Assembly: GCF_025526975.1 (NCBI RefSeq)
Contig: NW_026515671.1
Location: 372,001-436,000 of the forward strand
DNA length: 64,000 bases
Source of the DNA: Fimicolochytrium jonesii
Taxonomy: Eukaryota
Reading direction: 5' to 3'
A program made the translations under genes and the position numbers. Positions 1 to 11,843 of this stretch are shown here, in pieces (the first letter of the stretch is position 1; every line of letters begins with the position of its first letter). The notes beneath the pieces are model-generated. The model searched no databases, was not told where the DNA came from, and worked only from the letters and a program-made list of their open reading frames with translations.

Positions 1-1082
1 ACCAGTCGTGCATCGTTCAAGGGTGGGTCTGCCTTTGGCCGTGGCGGCACAGGTGCAGCTTCAATCACCGGCCGAGATTCGACAACTGGACGAGGTTCGA
101 CAACTGGCCACGATTCGACAACTGGTCGAGGTTGAGGTGGGACACCAACGAATGGCCAAATTTGAGGTGGCCGAGGCTGTGGTGTTACTTCGACTACTCG
201 GCGAGGTTGAACATCGTTAGCTGGAGGTGGATTCGAATTGATGCTCCATTGTGTCGCTGCCAGATGGGGGGGCGCATTGGCCACCACAATTTCCGCCTCT
301 ACCATCGGTTCGCTTTTCACTGGTACATCATCTGAAAGCTGCGTGTGACCACCGCGAAGGTGATTATATGGGTTCCCATTCGTCTCATCGAATCGGCGTC
401 GCTTGCGCTGTGGCCCGTCCGGTCCATCATGGCCATTAGAGGGCCCGTCGTCCGGCTCATCATCTCCAAAATATGGCGGATATCGAGACTCTGTTGGAGG
501 TTGATAGGTGCGTGGTTCCTGAGCAACACTGCTGCGTCCGCGCTGGCTCCTCATGGGACAGTACATGCTCCAATGATAACCTCCACATCGACAGGGTCGA
601 TTGGGTACGACAGTAGGGTCACCAACGCGCTGATTGCGGATGCGGTGATCGATCCTCTGACTGCGTGGAGTGCTTTCCAGGGGACTTGTGGGAATCTGTA
701 AAGCAGGCTCCTGAATGTGAATTTGTGAAGCACGCTCTTGATTGATGTGGAACCGGGGCTCATCGTCGCGTCGGGAATGATGCCCGTCGTATGGGTGTTT
801 ACTGCGTTGTGGGGTGTATCCACCTGAACGAGAATCTCTCCTGTCGTCGTGTTCCGTCCTGCTCTCGAAAAAAGCGCCGCTCTCCGGATAGTTTGAATGA
901 TTCGAGGTATGATGGTATCCTGCCGGGTTCCGCGCTTCTTTCCTGTCCCCGCTGCGTCCCGGGCCAGCACTATGCCCTCTGGCACTCCCACCTCCTCGTC
1001 CCCGTAAGGAAGCCTCGTCCTCCACGGCGGGTGGGGTTGGCGAGCTTTGGAAGATGCGGTGCGTCCCGCTCTGTGTGTCCAT
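1..1082 (-). CDS. Partial (runs off the window start) low-complexity protein, >=360 aa, with a CCHC zinc-knuckle-like motif
   Basis: Manual translation: the frame from ATG 1082 has no stop down to base 1 (MDTQSGTHRIFQSSPTPP...NRPCRCGGYHWSMYCPMR...PQRKRRRFD...PRPVVESWPVVEPRPVVESRP). It is absent from the ORF track because no stop lies in the window. Confidence 0.65.
   Translation of the reverse strand, partial: MDTQSGTHRIFQSSPTPPAVEDEASLRGRGGGSARGHSAGPGRSGDRKEARNPAGYHHTSNHSNYPESGAFFESRTEHDDRRDSRSGGYTPQRSKHPYDGHHSRRDDEPRFHINQERASQIHIQEPALQIPTSPLESTPRSQRIDHRIRNQRVGDPTVVPNRPCRCGGYHWSMYCPMRSQRGRSSVAQEPRTYQPPTESRYPPYFGDDEPDDGPSNGHDGPDGPQRKRRRFDETNGNPYNHLRGGHTQLSDDVPVKSEPMVEAEIVVANAPPHLAATQWSINSNPPPANDVQPRRVVEVTPQPRPPQIWPFVGVPPQPRPVVESWPVVEPRPVVESRPVIEAAPVPPRPKADPPLNDARL
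72..125. repeat. Three imperfect 18-bp tandem repeats (core TTCGACAACTGG)
   Basis: ccgagattcgacaactgg / acgaggttcgacaactgg / ccacgattcgacaactgg; they encode PVVExx repeats on the minus strand. Confidence 0.9.
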
Positions 1083-1453
1083 CTCTCCCGCAAGCTATAA
1101 TTCCTCACTCAATTTTGAGAACTCTGCTCTGGCCTCTTCGATGTTCCCCTCGGAAGGAACTCCTGTAGGATGGCAGAAATCTGACACCTCGCTCGTAGCG
1201 CCGATGTTGGACAGCCACAATGAGAAAGGAACGACGGGCGTCCCGCAGAAGGTCCGACAGGCGGGACAGGCGAGCGATTTAATTTGGGTCACATGACGGC
1301 ACGTGGGCCTTTTATTCCGGCTCTTCCTTCTCTCGGTCCCAGCCCTCTGCTCTCTCTCTGGACAAGCTAAACGCACCCTTCATTGCCTGGGAATCTTCCT
1401 CTCACCGCTCCGCTCTCCCGAAGCCCGATTAACCACCCTGCTAACCTCTCAAG

Positions 1454-2084
1454 ATGGCTATGGCTGCAAAAAGTCGCGCAAACGGTAACAGTCCTAGCAG
1501 TCGACCTACATACCTACCCCATTGGCCACAGGTCCAGATGCCAGCTCGTTCGAACATGGTACTTACCGTCGACTTCGGATGCCGAATTTATAGTGCGCCT
1601 GCCTCCGGAAGTCAACCGGGTGCTCTTTGTTCGCAACTTGCCGTTCAAGATTACTGCTGAGGACATGTATGACCTATTCGTGAGTATCCTCCGACGACAG
1701 GATTCCGGTTGGGTGTTTGGCGAGTGGGGAGGGATTCAAGAACGCTAATCGTACCTTTCTCCATTGTAGGGTAAATACGGTCCCATCCGACAAATAAGAG
1801 TAGGAACCGCAACAGACACGAAAGGAACAGCATTTGTCGGTACGTGAACTCCCTTTTTTCAACCCCCCCGCTGCTCCTTTTTAGTGACTCCACGATTCCC
1901 TACAGTCTACGAAGACATATTCGACGCCAAATCAGCATGCGATCACCTCAGCGGTTTCAATATCATGGGCCGGTACCTGATCGTACTATACTACTCGACG
2001 ACGAAAGCGACAAAGAAACGGGATCTGGGTGCAAAGGAGGCTGATGTCGCGAGTATGAAGGAGAAACTCGGGATGGAGACGTAG
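1454..2084 (+). CDS. SF3B6: U2 snRNP branch-site protein p14 (SF3B14/SF3B6), RRM
   Basis: Exons ~1454-1484, 1594-1679, 1770-1839, 1906-2084 join to [40 protein letters not shown]...[26 protein letters not shown]; canonical GT-AG introns. Confidence 0.95.
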
Positions 2085-2700
2085 AGAGACAGAGATGATT
2101 GGCGTATCGCTTGCGGTGAAGGGATAAGAAAGATGGAGGAATTTTTGGAAATGATTGGCTGGCGTTGATTGGTGAGATTGGTGATTGGATGCACATCAGA
2201 GGAAGGTTTCTCAGCCGTCGATGGCGAAGAGATGCCGCTGGATGATGGGATAGCTGCAAGCTGGTGGATGAGCGTGAAGCCGACCTATCAAACTCGACCT
2301 GCTGATGGAGTCTGAGACTGCGAACGACGCCCGGGGTCACTTATACCACATCAAAACTGAGCGTATCGGTGTTGGATTCTGCGCGCTGCGAACCTCCAGA
2401 CGACCCTCACGCGAATGTGAGAAATGGCGGAACGGCCACATAGAATCGGTCAAACAAAAACGCAGAACAGTTGTGGGGAAATGAGCTGCACTTTTATGGG
2501 TCTATAGGCAACCCCCCCATTCTATAAAGTGCTCACTACGAGTTTCGCTCCAATACAATCTGCTATGACAAATGTGCTAATGCAAAACAAAAAAATCCAT
2601 AAAACACGTCGTTATTGTCCACCAAACGCCGTCCATAACCCAAGTTCCTCCAAAAAAAAAAAAAAAGAAAACCCTCCCGTGTTGTTCCCTCGTTCCTCTT

Positions 2701-3660
2701 TCAATCCAACTCCAAACTATCCAACAACCCCCTCAAATCATCCACGACATCCACCACCTCCTCGGAAGTAGTCACCCCCGCCAAGCGCATCGCCAGCAAC
2801 CTCGGATCCAACAACGTCGGATGCGACATGGACGCCTGCGGAGACGGCGCACCCGCACTCACCGCCCCACCCGCCCCACCCCCCCCACTCGCCGTCACGA
2901 TCCTCAATATCTCGACCAACTTCCTCAGCTCCCCGATCAGCTCGCCGGCGGTCTCGCTCTGCGCGCGGCCGGTCATCAGCCCCAAGCGCGCCTGCACGAG
3001 CTGCACGGGGGTGCGATGGCGGGCGTCGGTCGCGGCGGGGTTGGCGTTGGCGCGGAGGAGGACGAGCACGGCGTCGAGGTGGTTGCTGACGACGGCGAGA
3101 TGCAGCGGCGTGTTTCCGTTCACGTCCTGCACGGTCGTGTCGGCGCCGTGGGCGAGGAGCGCGTGCACCGTGTCTGCGTGGCCCGCCGCGGAGGCAAAGT
3201 GGAGGGCCGTGCGGCCGGCGGGGTCTTGCGTGTCCGGGTCGAGGGCGTGCGAGGGGTCGGAGAGGAGCGAGGTGATGGTGGGGGATTGCCCGGCGGCGGC
3301 GGCGGTGAGGAGGGTGTTGAAGAGGGCGAGGTGGCGGCGGGTGGCGGTGGCTAGTGTTGGGGAGGGGTGGTTGGTGGTTGCGCGGTGGTGTGGGCGTGGG
3401 TGGGATGATGATGATGAGGAGGTTGCTGATGGTGGTGATGTTGGCGAATGTCTATCAGCCCCATGTCGCTTTGCATGCGTCTTTGAACCCCCCCGTTCTC
3501 CCCCTCTCCCCGCCTCCTTCCGCGTCTTCCCCACCCTCCCCGCAACCACCCGCAACGGGCTGCCTGCGCTGGTTGTCTGATACCCTTTCCTCTTCGGCGT
3601 CGTCGTTCGCACCGAGGTCGTCGAGATGGGGATGGACTCGACGCTAGCGGTTATGTCCAT
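2701..3660 (-). CDS. Ankyrin-repeat protein, ANKRD54-like
   Basis: Ankyrin repeats GRTALHFASAAGH / GNTPLHLAVVSNH / RTPVQL, followed by helical segments ELRKLVEILR and TTSEEVVDVVDDLRGLLDSLEL that recall the ANKRD54 C-terminus. Start uncertain; the frame is open to 3999. Confidence 0.8.
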   Translation of the reverse strand: MDITASVESIPISTTSVRTTTPKRKGYQTTSAGSPLRVVAGRVGKTRKEAGRGGERGGSKTHAKRHGADRHSPTSPPSATSSSSSSHPRPHHRATTNHPSPTLATATRRHLALFNTLLTAAAAGQSPTITSLLSDPSHALDPDTQDPAGRTALHFASAAGHADTVHALLAHGADTTVQDVNGNTPLHLAVVSNHLDAVLVLLRANANPAATDARHRTPVQLVQARLGLMTGRAQSETAGELIGELRKLVEILRIVTASGGGGAGGAVSAGAPSPQASMSHPTLLDPRLLAMRLAGVTTSEEVVDVVDDLRGLLDSLELD

Positions 3661-4799
3661 GGGCGAGTTGGCTGGTGTAGTTCCTTGGCCAAGTTGGGTG
3701 AGGTGGACGTGGAGGGACTGCGCTGCGGGTGGTGGTGATGACACCGCGATGGGGTGCCGGGTGGGACGTTTCACTTTCATTGTCTGGATGCACCGGTGAA
3801 GGAAGAGTGGAGCGGTGGAGTCGAGCACTGCGACGAAGTGCACTAACTGCAAACACAACTGCATAGAAGGAACATTAAGAAACGTGGCTTTCCCATCCCA
3901 CTCCAGAAATAGAAAGCACGCGAGCCACTGCATGTCCGATGCCTCCAGATGTTGCCCCATCCACCCATCACACCCATGCCCATGCATACTCAAAGACACT
4001 CAAAGCAGAAGCACGCGAGGCCAGACAAACCCGCTAATCTCTGCACCCCTTCCGTCGGGCAATCTTCAACCCCTCGCACTTCCGCCAGGACAAAGCCACG
4101 TTTGCCCGAGAGAAATCTCACCTACCTATGGACCGAAACGGAACACCTCAGAACATCGAATACGTCCTGTAAGAGGGCTGCTATTCCTTGCTGGGTTCGG
4201 AGGAGAGTCTGACACGGATGCGGCTTGGGTGATTGGGTATGCTGGGGGGGTTGGGGGTTGTTCTCGCTCACCGTTGGGCAGCCCTTGGACACCCAGCGCA
4301 AAAACGCGTCGGGTCTCGTCCCTCCGTCTCAACTCGCACGAGGCACACGAGCCATTTGACGCCACCAGGAAGCGTCCCATCATCCCATGTGCCATGCGCC
4401 AAACTCTCCCGACTCCCGAGTCATGCCCAGTATGATTCAACGCATTAACGCCACGCGCAAGTCGGAACGCAAATGCAAAGACCAAGCGGGTTACTATTAG
4501 CGGTGTGGAGATGGGACAGATCCTAAGAAGGGAAGACAGAAAAGTGAGGGGTGGGAAAGCCTATGAGGTCTAAAAATATCTACATGATGAATACGAAAAA
4601 CTGTCGAATGAAGAAATGGTTGCTATTACTGATTAAATGGGGGGTGGTGTGGAACTAACTAAGTACGCCTGTGGTCCTGTATGTGTTGTGTTGTCTCTGA
4701 TGGGTTGATGAACGCATCGGGGCCCGGTCGTGTGCGTTGTATGAGGTTGACACCCAAGCAAATATGTACGCCGAACAATCCTCAGGGGGGATTATCAAA

Positions 4800-6697
4800 T
4801 CACTGCCCCTTGATAGCCTTCACAACCGACGGCGGCTCGATGGCCGCCTGCTGCTCCTTGACCAGCCTCATCTTCCTGACCCACATCCTCCGTCGAGTCA
4901 GACTGCCCATCGACGCCTTGCTCTTCGCGTTCTCCCACGTATGGTCCATGTACTGCCACCCCTTCTCGTCCACGTTCGCCCACCCGACGTCGAGCAGCCA
5001 GTCTTCGTCCATCCATTCCCAGACGCCGCCGTCTTGCGGGGGCTCGTAGTGATCTTTTGCCGGGCGGGAGATGGTGCCGGTTTCGTCGGACCAGGCGGGG
5101 CGTTCGGAGCGGAGGAGGTGCGGGATCCATCCTAGGCCTGGTGGTGGAGAGAGAGAAGGTAAGCAAAGGTCCCGTGAGTGACGATACTAACGACGCCCAA
5201 AGGACGCGCGCTTTTACGTACCAGCCCACCACCTCTGGTTCTCATAGAGCGAGACAACAACCACACCATCATCAGCCCCCTTCCTGGCCTCCCGAATCGC
5301 CTCACGAACCGTGTCAACCTGATGCTGCAACTTTTTCATCAACACCGGCGGCACTGTAGTCGACGCAGCACGGAAGATAGCCGTGTTCTGCAAAAACATG
5401 CCCACACCCCCCAACAACATGATGTAGTTGAACGGGATGATCCTCACAACAAAGATAACCCCAAACATCGACCCAACAGCGACTTTCAGGATCCGGATGG
5501 TCTCCTCCTCGTCGGACCAGTCGAGGACCGTGGAGTTCTTCTTGACGTCCTCGTAGGCGTCGCAGTACATGCCCATGGAGTTTTGGATGAACTGCATGTT
5601 TTTGAGGTATTGAACGTTTGCGCTGGGTTTTTTGCCTGTGACGGTCTTTTTGGTTTTCGTGTAGTAGTTGTTCATGATGTTGTAGATGAGGAGGAGTTGG
5701 GGGAGGACGATGAAGAGGGTCGGGTATATGCCTGTTGGAGGGGGAGGACAGGGATAAATAAGAGTGAGTGAATGGTCGATGGGGATGGTGTTGAAGACGG
5801 CAACGCTCGCTAAAAGATCACGGATGCTCGCTGTGGCTCGCCGCTCGCTGACGCTCGCAACTTACATAGGAAAACGTAGACAACCATGATAATGAAAGTC
5901 TTTGAGGGGTTCTGCCACGTGAGGATCTCGGTGATATCGTCCTGGAAGCCGACCATGGGTCCCAACCTCGACACAAATCGGGTGAAATTCTTGGGGGTAG
6001 TAGTCAACAGATTCAACGACGGCTCCTTGGCCGCCCTCTGCATCGCGGCCGAGTTAACCGCGGTGTGGGTCATGAGCTCCTGCACAAAGCTCATCTCCTT
6101 CTCCTTCTCCTGTCCCGAATCGCTCGCATTGCCCGACCGCGTGCGCTTCGTCAACGGCTTCTTGGGCGCCGTGACGGCCTTGCTTCCCGGGATGATGACG
6201 TGCGACTCGGATTTGCGGCGCAGGGGCAGCATGGCCCCGCGGGAGTCGGTGTCGCTGAGGGACCGGTCGTAGAGTTGGAGGTCGGAGGTGAATTCGCCGG
6301 TGGTGGGGGTGCGGTCGCTGTAGTCCCGGGGTGCGTACTGCCCGGAGCAGGGGACGTTGACTGTGTGTTGGCATTTACGGTGCACGTTGAAGCCGCAGCC
6401 TAGATGAACCAGGGAGGAGAGGTGTGTCAGATGGAGAGGAAGGATGGGTGGTTGAAGTGAGTGTGAAAAATATTCCTTCGCCTCCGGCGCAATTGAGCTC
6501 GCTATCGCTCGGAACCGTCAAGCGTTGCAGCGCCTACGGCAGCGTCTCCAAGTATTCTCCCCGCTCTCGCTCTGAACCGTACCTTTACACTGAGCGCCCT
6601 GCCTGACCAACCCCCAGAGGAACTTATCGCAGGCGTCACAATAGGTGGGCTTGTTGTAGGTAGTGACCTCAAAGTGGTGGACGCCTCCGGAAGCCAT
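4800..6697 (-). CDS. C1 (DAG/phorbol-binding) domain + Pex24p/Pex30-like membrane region + DysF domain protein
   Basis: Spliced model: MASGGVHHFEVTTYNKPTYCDACDKFLWGLVRQGAQCK|GCGFNVHRKCQHTVNVPC...; NFTRFVSRLGP...ILTWQNPSKT; YLKNMQFIQNSMG; LYENQRWWAG|LGWIPHLLRSERPAWSD...GWQYMDHTW...TRRRMWVR. Confidence 0.85.
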
Positions 6698-7672
6698 TGC
6701 TGCTATGGTGTTGTGCATGTAGGCCGGCTACTCGGATACAAAGGATGCGGGGAAGGGAGGTTGGGGGAGGGACGAGCGAGAGGGATATAAAAGGCGGCTT
6801 TGGACGGACAGGAGCGGCGGCCAAACGCTGCGAGTGCTGTAGGGGGAGCCTGAGAAGAGCGCGCGTGAAGGAGGCAAAAATGATCGCTTTGCTCCTCCCG
6901 TATGATAATAATATGTTCATTCTTGCTCAGGGAAAGACCGGCGGACCTGTATTACACACAGAGACCTCGCACACCACCATATAGAACACATGTGAGGCAG
7001 GCCCCGGCCGGATCCCTCGTGACAATTCAAGCATGGCGCCGTTGATTGCTTGCCAGATTCCACCATATCACAAAGTCTGCTCCTTCTGTCTTTCCTCGTT
7101 CCAAAACCACATCCCGGCGGATTGGGTGTTGTTTCTGAGCGGCGGCTCGGTAAAGTTGAAAGGAGGCCGAAATTTTGCGTCCTACCAGCAACGCAAAAGT
7201 GGCCCTTTGTCCTCCTCGCTCCTTCCGACACGGCCGCCATCTCGACCTCCATAATCCATAATCCACAACCATGCCTTCAAGTTATCAGTCCAACACCACC
7301 TCCACCACCACATGCGCAACAAACACCTTTTTTTGAGCTTCACTTCTCCATATATTTCTCCAAACATAAAAAAAAGGGGGAAACAAAATGCGAAAACAAA
7401 TGCAATAAATGATGATGGGGGGGAAAGGACGTTCGAAAACTATCAACAGCTAGAAAGACACAGCAACACAGACGAAAACAACGACCTCAATTGAAGAAGA
7501 AACACCAAGTCGCGTCAAGAATGGGGTTTCCCCCTTTTCGACTGCTCTCGCTTCATTCCATTCCCAATGACCATCCCTCGTTGTGCGTATATACACACAG
7601 ATGGTGGGTAAGATCTTGGATGTTTCCGACCGTTATGCTCCGTTGTTGCCGCTTCTTTCACACAACGATAAT

Positions 7673-9930
7673 CTACTGCTGTTCACCGTCTTCGGGGGCG
7701 CCCGCCTTGTCCATGTGCTCGTTAAGAACTTCAACGGCCTCGTTAACCTTGACCTGAAGGGCCTTGGTGTCCTCGAGCAAGTGCAAGAGCTCAGACTGGT
7801 CCATCTCGAGCAACATTCCAGTCACCTTGGCGGCGTGAGGGGTCATCTCCTGGATCAACGGGAACAGGTTCTCGCCGAGGAGGCGCTTCTGCTGCTCCGG
7901 GGTCATGTCGGCCAGGATCTTGCTGCTCAACGGCTGCTTGGGGCCGGTGGTAGGGCCGGGCATGCCAGGTTGGCCGGGGATGGGCGCATTGCGGGCGTTG
8001 GGGGTGTACTTGTACTGTCCAGGACGAGCACCTCCACGGCCGACGTTAGGTGGCATCATGCCGGGCTGACCAGGCTGACCGGGTTGCTGTGGAGGCAGGG
8101 GCTGACCACGGCCTCCAGGCTGCTGCTGACCGCGCTGCTGACGAGGGGGGCGAACTCCCATGGGGGGGACACCGCCGAACTGAGGAGGCATCTGACCACC
8201 GGCTTGGGGAGGGTACACACCAGCGGGAAGAGGAGGCTGGCCGGGCTGAGCGGGGCCCTGGGGACCGCCGTTAGGGGCCCAGCGGGGGCGAGGGACCATC
8301 TGCTGAGGGTAGAACATACCACCGCGCTGACCCTGGGGAGGCATGCCGGCGGGAGGGTAGAAGACAGGAGCACCGGGGTAGGGACCGGGCATGCCACCGA
8401 CTTGCTGCTGCATGCGGATCTGATTGCGCTGTTGCATCTGAGCGGAGAGCTGCTGACGGCGGACCTCCTTGCGCTGGTGAAGAGCGACGTAGATGGGCTT
8501 GGAAGCGATCATACGGCCGTTCATGTCTGTCACGGCCTTGGTGGCCTCCTCGGGCGAGGAGAAGCAGACGAATCCGAAGCCCTTGGAGGATCCGGTCTTT
8601 TCGTCACGCATAACCTTGGCGGAAGTGATGACTCCGTAGACGGCAAACTCCTGCCTGAGCTTCTCGTCATCAATGCTGTCGTCAAGGTTCTTGACGTAAA
8701 GGTTGACACCCTGGTACTTGTTGAGCTTCTCCTCGCGGATGCGCTCGTACTGGCGGCGGAGCTCCTCCTCACGCTCAGACTTCTTCTGAGCACGGGAGAC
8801 GTACAGCTGCTTGCCGTTGATTTCCTTCTCGTGCATTTCCTCCACCGCGACGCGGGCTTCCTCGTGGCCAGAGAAGTTGACGAACCCGAATCCACGGGAC
8901 TTGCCGTCCTGGTCGCGAGAGACGGACGCCGAGGTGACCTCACCGAACTTCTCGAACATGGCGCGGAACTCCTCATCGGTGACGGCCTCGTCCAAGTTCT
9001 TGACGTACACGTTGGTGAACTTGGACCTCATCTCCTCCATCTTGCTCAAACGCTCCTTCTTGGGGACATGGTGACCAACGAACACTTTGCGATCGTTGAG
9101 CAACATTCCGTTGACGTGCTTGATGGCCTGCTCGGCAGACTCGCCCTCCTCGAAGTGGACGAAACCGTAACCCTTGGAGTGCTCGCCGTCCATGGCGACC
9201 TTGCAGCTAAGAATGGGGCCGAAGGCGGCAAAGGTCTCGTGAAGAGCCCTGGTGTCGATCAAGGGGTCGAGGTTCTTAATGAAGATGTTGCCTAGAACCA
9301 GAATGTCAGTTTCGTGAACTAAGATGCTGCGAATTGAACCAGTCTTCTATGACACATACCAGCACCGGCCTTGCGGGAAGCAGGGTCACGCTGGGACCAC
9401 ATGATGCGCATGGGACGCTCCTTCAAGGGGACGTAGTTAAGAGTGTCGATGGCACGCTCAGCATCGGGAGCGGCGTGGAAGTTGACGTAGGCGTATCCGA
9501 GGGAACGACGGGTCACGGCATCGCGGCAGACACGGATGGAAGCGACCGGGCCGAGAGCGTTGAACATGTCGAACAACTGAGCCTCAGTGACGGAGGGGTC
9601 TGGATATGGTTTCAGAAATGTAAGGTTAGATGCTGAGCTCATATTGCAAGTTCGCAAAAAGTACATACCGAGGTCACCAACGTAAAGACTGCCACTGGCA
9701 CTGCCACCGGGAGCCTGGTTGGTCTGAGGAGGGATGGGAGCCGGAATGGCCATGTTGCCCTGCAAGTAAGGCATACCGGGCTGCTGGTAGGCAGCAGCGG
9801 CGGCAGCGGCGGCAGCAGCCGCAGCAGCAGCAACGGTGGGGTCGCTGGCCAAGTTGTTGGCAGCGGAAGTGTCCTGAACGGGAGCATCGCTAGTCACGGG
9901 GACTTCGACGGGAGAAGCAGCGGCGGCCAT
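7673..9930 (-). CDS. PAB1: Polyadenylate-binding protein (4 RRMs + PABC/MLLE)
   Basis: [17 protein letters not shown]...[52 protein letters not shown]...[10 protein letters not shown]; two introns (~9601-9668, ~9293-9359). Confidence 0.98.
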
Positions 9931-11843
9931 TTTCGCTGTTGTTTTTGTTTTCGAAGTTGAATCCGACAAGAACCTTGCTGATATTTCCAGAGGCTGAGAA
10001 GAAGAGATTGTCACAGTGAAGGAGTCTCTTCTGGCAGTTGCTGAAGCGAGTAGATCGAAACTTCTTTGGTCTCTGGGAAAGAAGCAAGGAAACTAGTCTA
10101 CACTGGTTTTTACGGGATGATTTTTTGTTTTTTTTTGAGGGTTTTCTGAGTTTTGGTATGGAGAAGTGAAGCTCTCTGACGTTTGTAGGTGAGGAACACT
10201 TGTGTGTCTACCGTACAAATGCCGATGCAACCTATTTTTTTTGTAATTGTGAGGGAAGGAAGAAGGAGGGGAATCGGCCGGCGTCCGCCCTTTTTCTTCT
10301 CTTTCAGACGCCGGCTGAGCCCTCGCGCGGATTCATTCGGGACGGCGAAGAAAAGAAAGGCGCGCGTGTTCTCAAGTGCTGAGACCCGCTACCAACCAAC
10401 CATTCATGCACCCGTTAAGTAAACGTTGCTAAACCTGGGGACGAGCAGGAGACCAGAACAATATAGACCGATAACGCAAGGGAAGGTAAGGCCCCCCCAC
10501 GTAATGCATCCGGTATCCAAGCGGCGGGACTGCAGTGTGAGATCCCGGTCGCTGACAAACATCCCTTGACGAAGCTTTCTTATTCGGCCAAGCGATTAAT
10601 CGATAACCGGCGGTGACGTTCGACCTAAGATCCAAAGATCCGGACCACTTGCAGCAGTCTTCACTCAACCCGCAGATGGGGAGTGGGAGTCTGGGAAAAC
10701 CTGGCTTAAATGCAGAAAAAGTCGTAGAGAAGTCGCAATAAGTCGTATGAAGCCGACCAATTCCAGCTTGTTTCTCAAAAACAGATATGTATTGTGTTTT
10801 ATATATAAAATCCCGCCACGCCCGTGACGCACGACCATTCTGTCAACTCCAGACCCGGTTGATTTACGGGGTTGGGAACTTGAATACATTTGTTGGTGTA
10901 GACGCTCTTGAGCCAAAAGCAGCTGCGGTTCATTTGTCTCCGGTAAAGCACCGGAAAGCACAGGTGTGTCCATTTTAATTGGCGGGAGTGGGCTCTGCAA
11001 CGACGTCCTCAGAATACGGCTAGCATTACCGAACGTGTCGCCTTCGTCAGAGCATGCTGAGAAAAGTGGACTCCTTGACGTGCGTGGTAGCCCAAAGAAT
11101 CAACTTAACACCTTTCAGCGACATCCATGACCGGGTCAGGTCCAAGGGTAAACGCCTGTGCGGTTGGCTGTTATGGCCGCCACTTGCGCGCAGTTGGAGC
11201 AGCAGAACACAGGTTGTAGAATCGCATAATGCGCATGTGCCTGGTCGAGGTACTCTACAGCGTGTGGACAGCATCGACTCCGTATTGTTGAATTTATCGG
11301 GCCCTCGGATGTTATGTCCCAAATCTGTGCGCCATTTTCACAGGCAGTCCAGTTTTGAAGACATCGCAAGGAATCCAGTGTGCTGTCGCCAGATACTTCA
11401 ATGAACACGTCCTGCGGATGGGCGGAAAACAACAACTTCAAAAGACAGTTCCAACCACAACCTGAAAAGATATTCCTCCCTCTACGCTCCACAGTAGGGC
11501 ACAAAGCAGAGCGTCCAGTGGAAAGGGGGATCCCAATCAAATAGCATTTTTCTTCCCACCACAGGTTTTCGGTTTTTGCTCTTCTGTTATGAGGCCCCCA
11601 TCGGCACTTGAAAACGGTAAGCCAAGCAGTGTGCCATTAACGGGGCTTGTGAACGGCGTTGGTCGGATTGAAGGTGCAAGCGATTGTCACCGCTAAGATG
11701 GGGTTGAGCGGACAAAGCGACAACCGCGTTTGTCACGATCGGAAAGCGCGATTGACTGCTTTCGACACCTTCCAACTTCCAGATCCAAGACCGTGGCGTT
11801 ACAGACCTCTCACGTTCCCGTTTACGAACGAAGGGGCAAAGGT

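Noticed and set aside
72..125. Short direct repeats as a CRISPR-like array
   Set aside because: Tandem 18-mers without unique spacers, in-frame within a coding region, eukaryotic context.
7583..9295. 570-aa plus-strand ORF
   Set aside because: Antisense shadow of the strongly codon-biased PAB1; no recognisable domain.
10400..11600. Short ORFs upstream of PAB1 as a gene or transposon
   Set aside because: Multiple stops in all frames and no motif or terminal repeat recognised.
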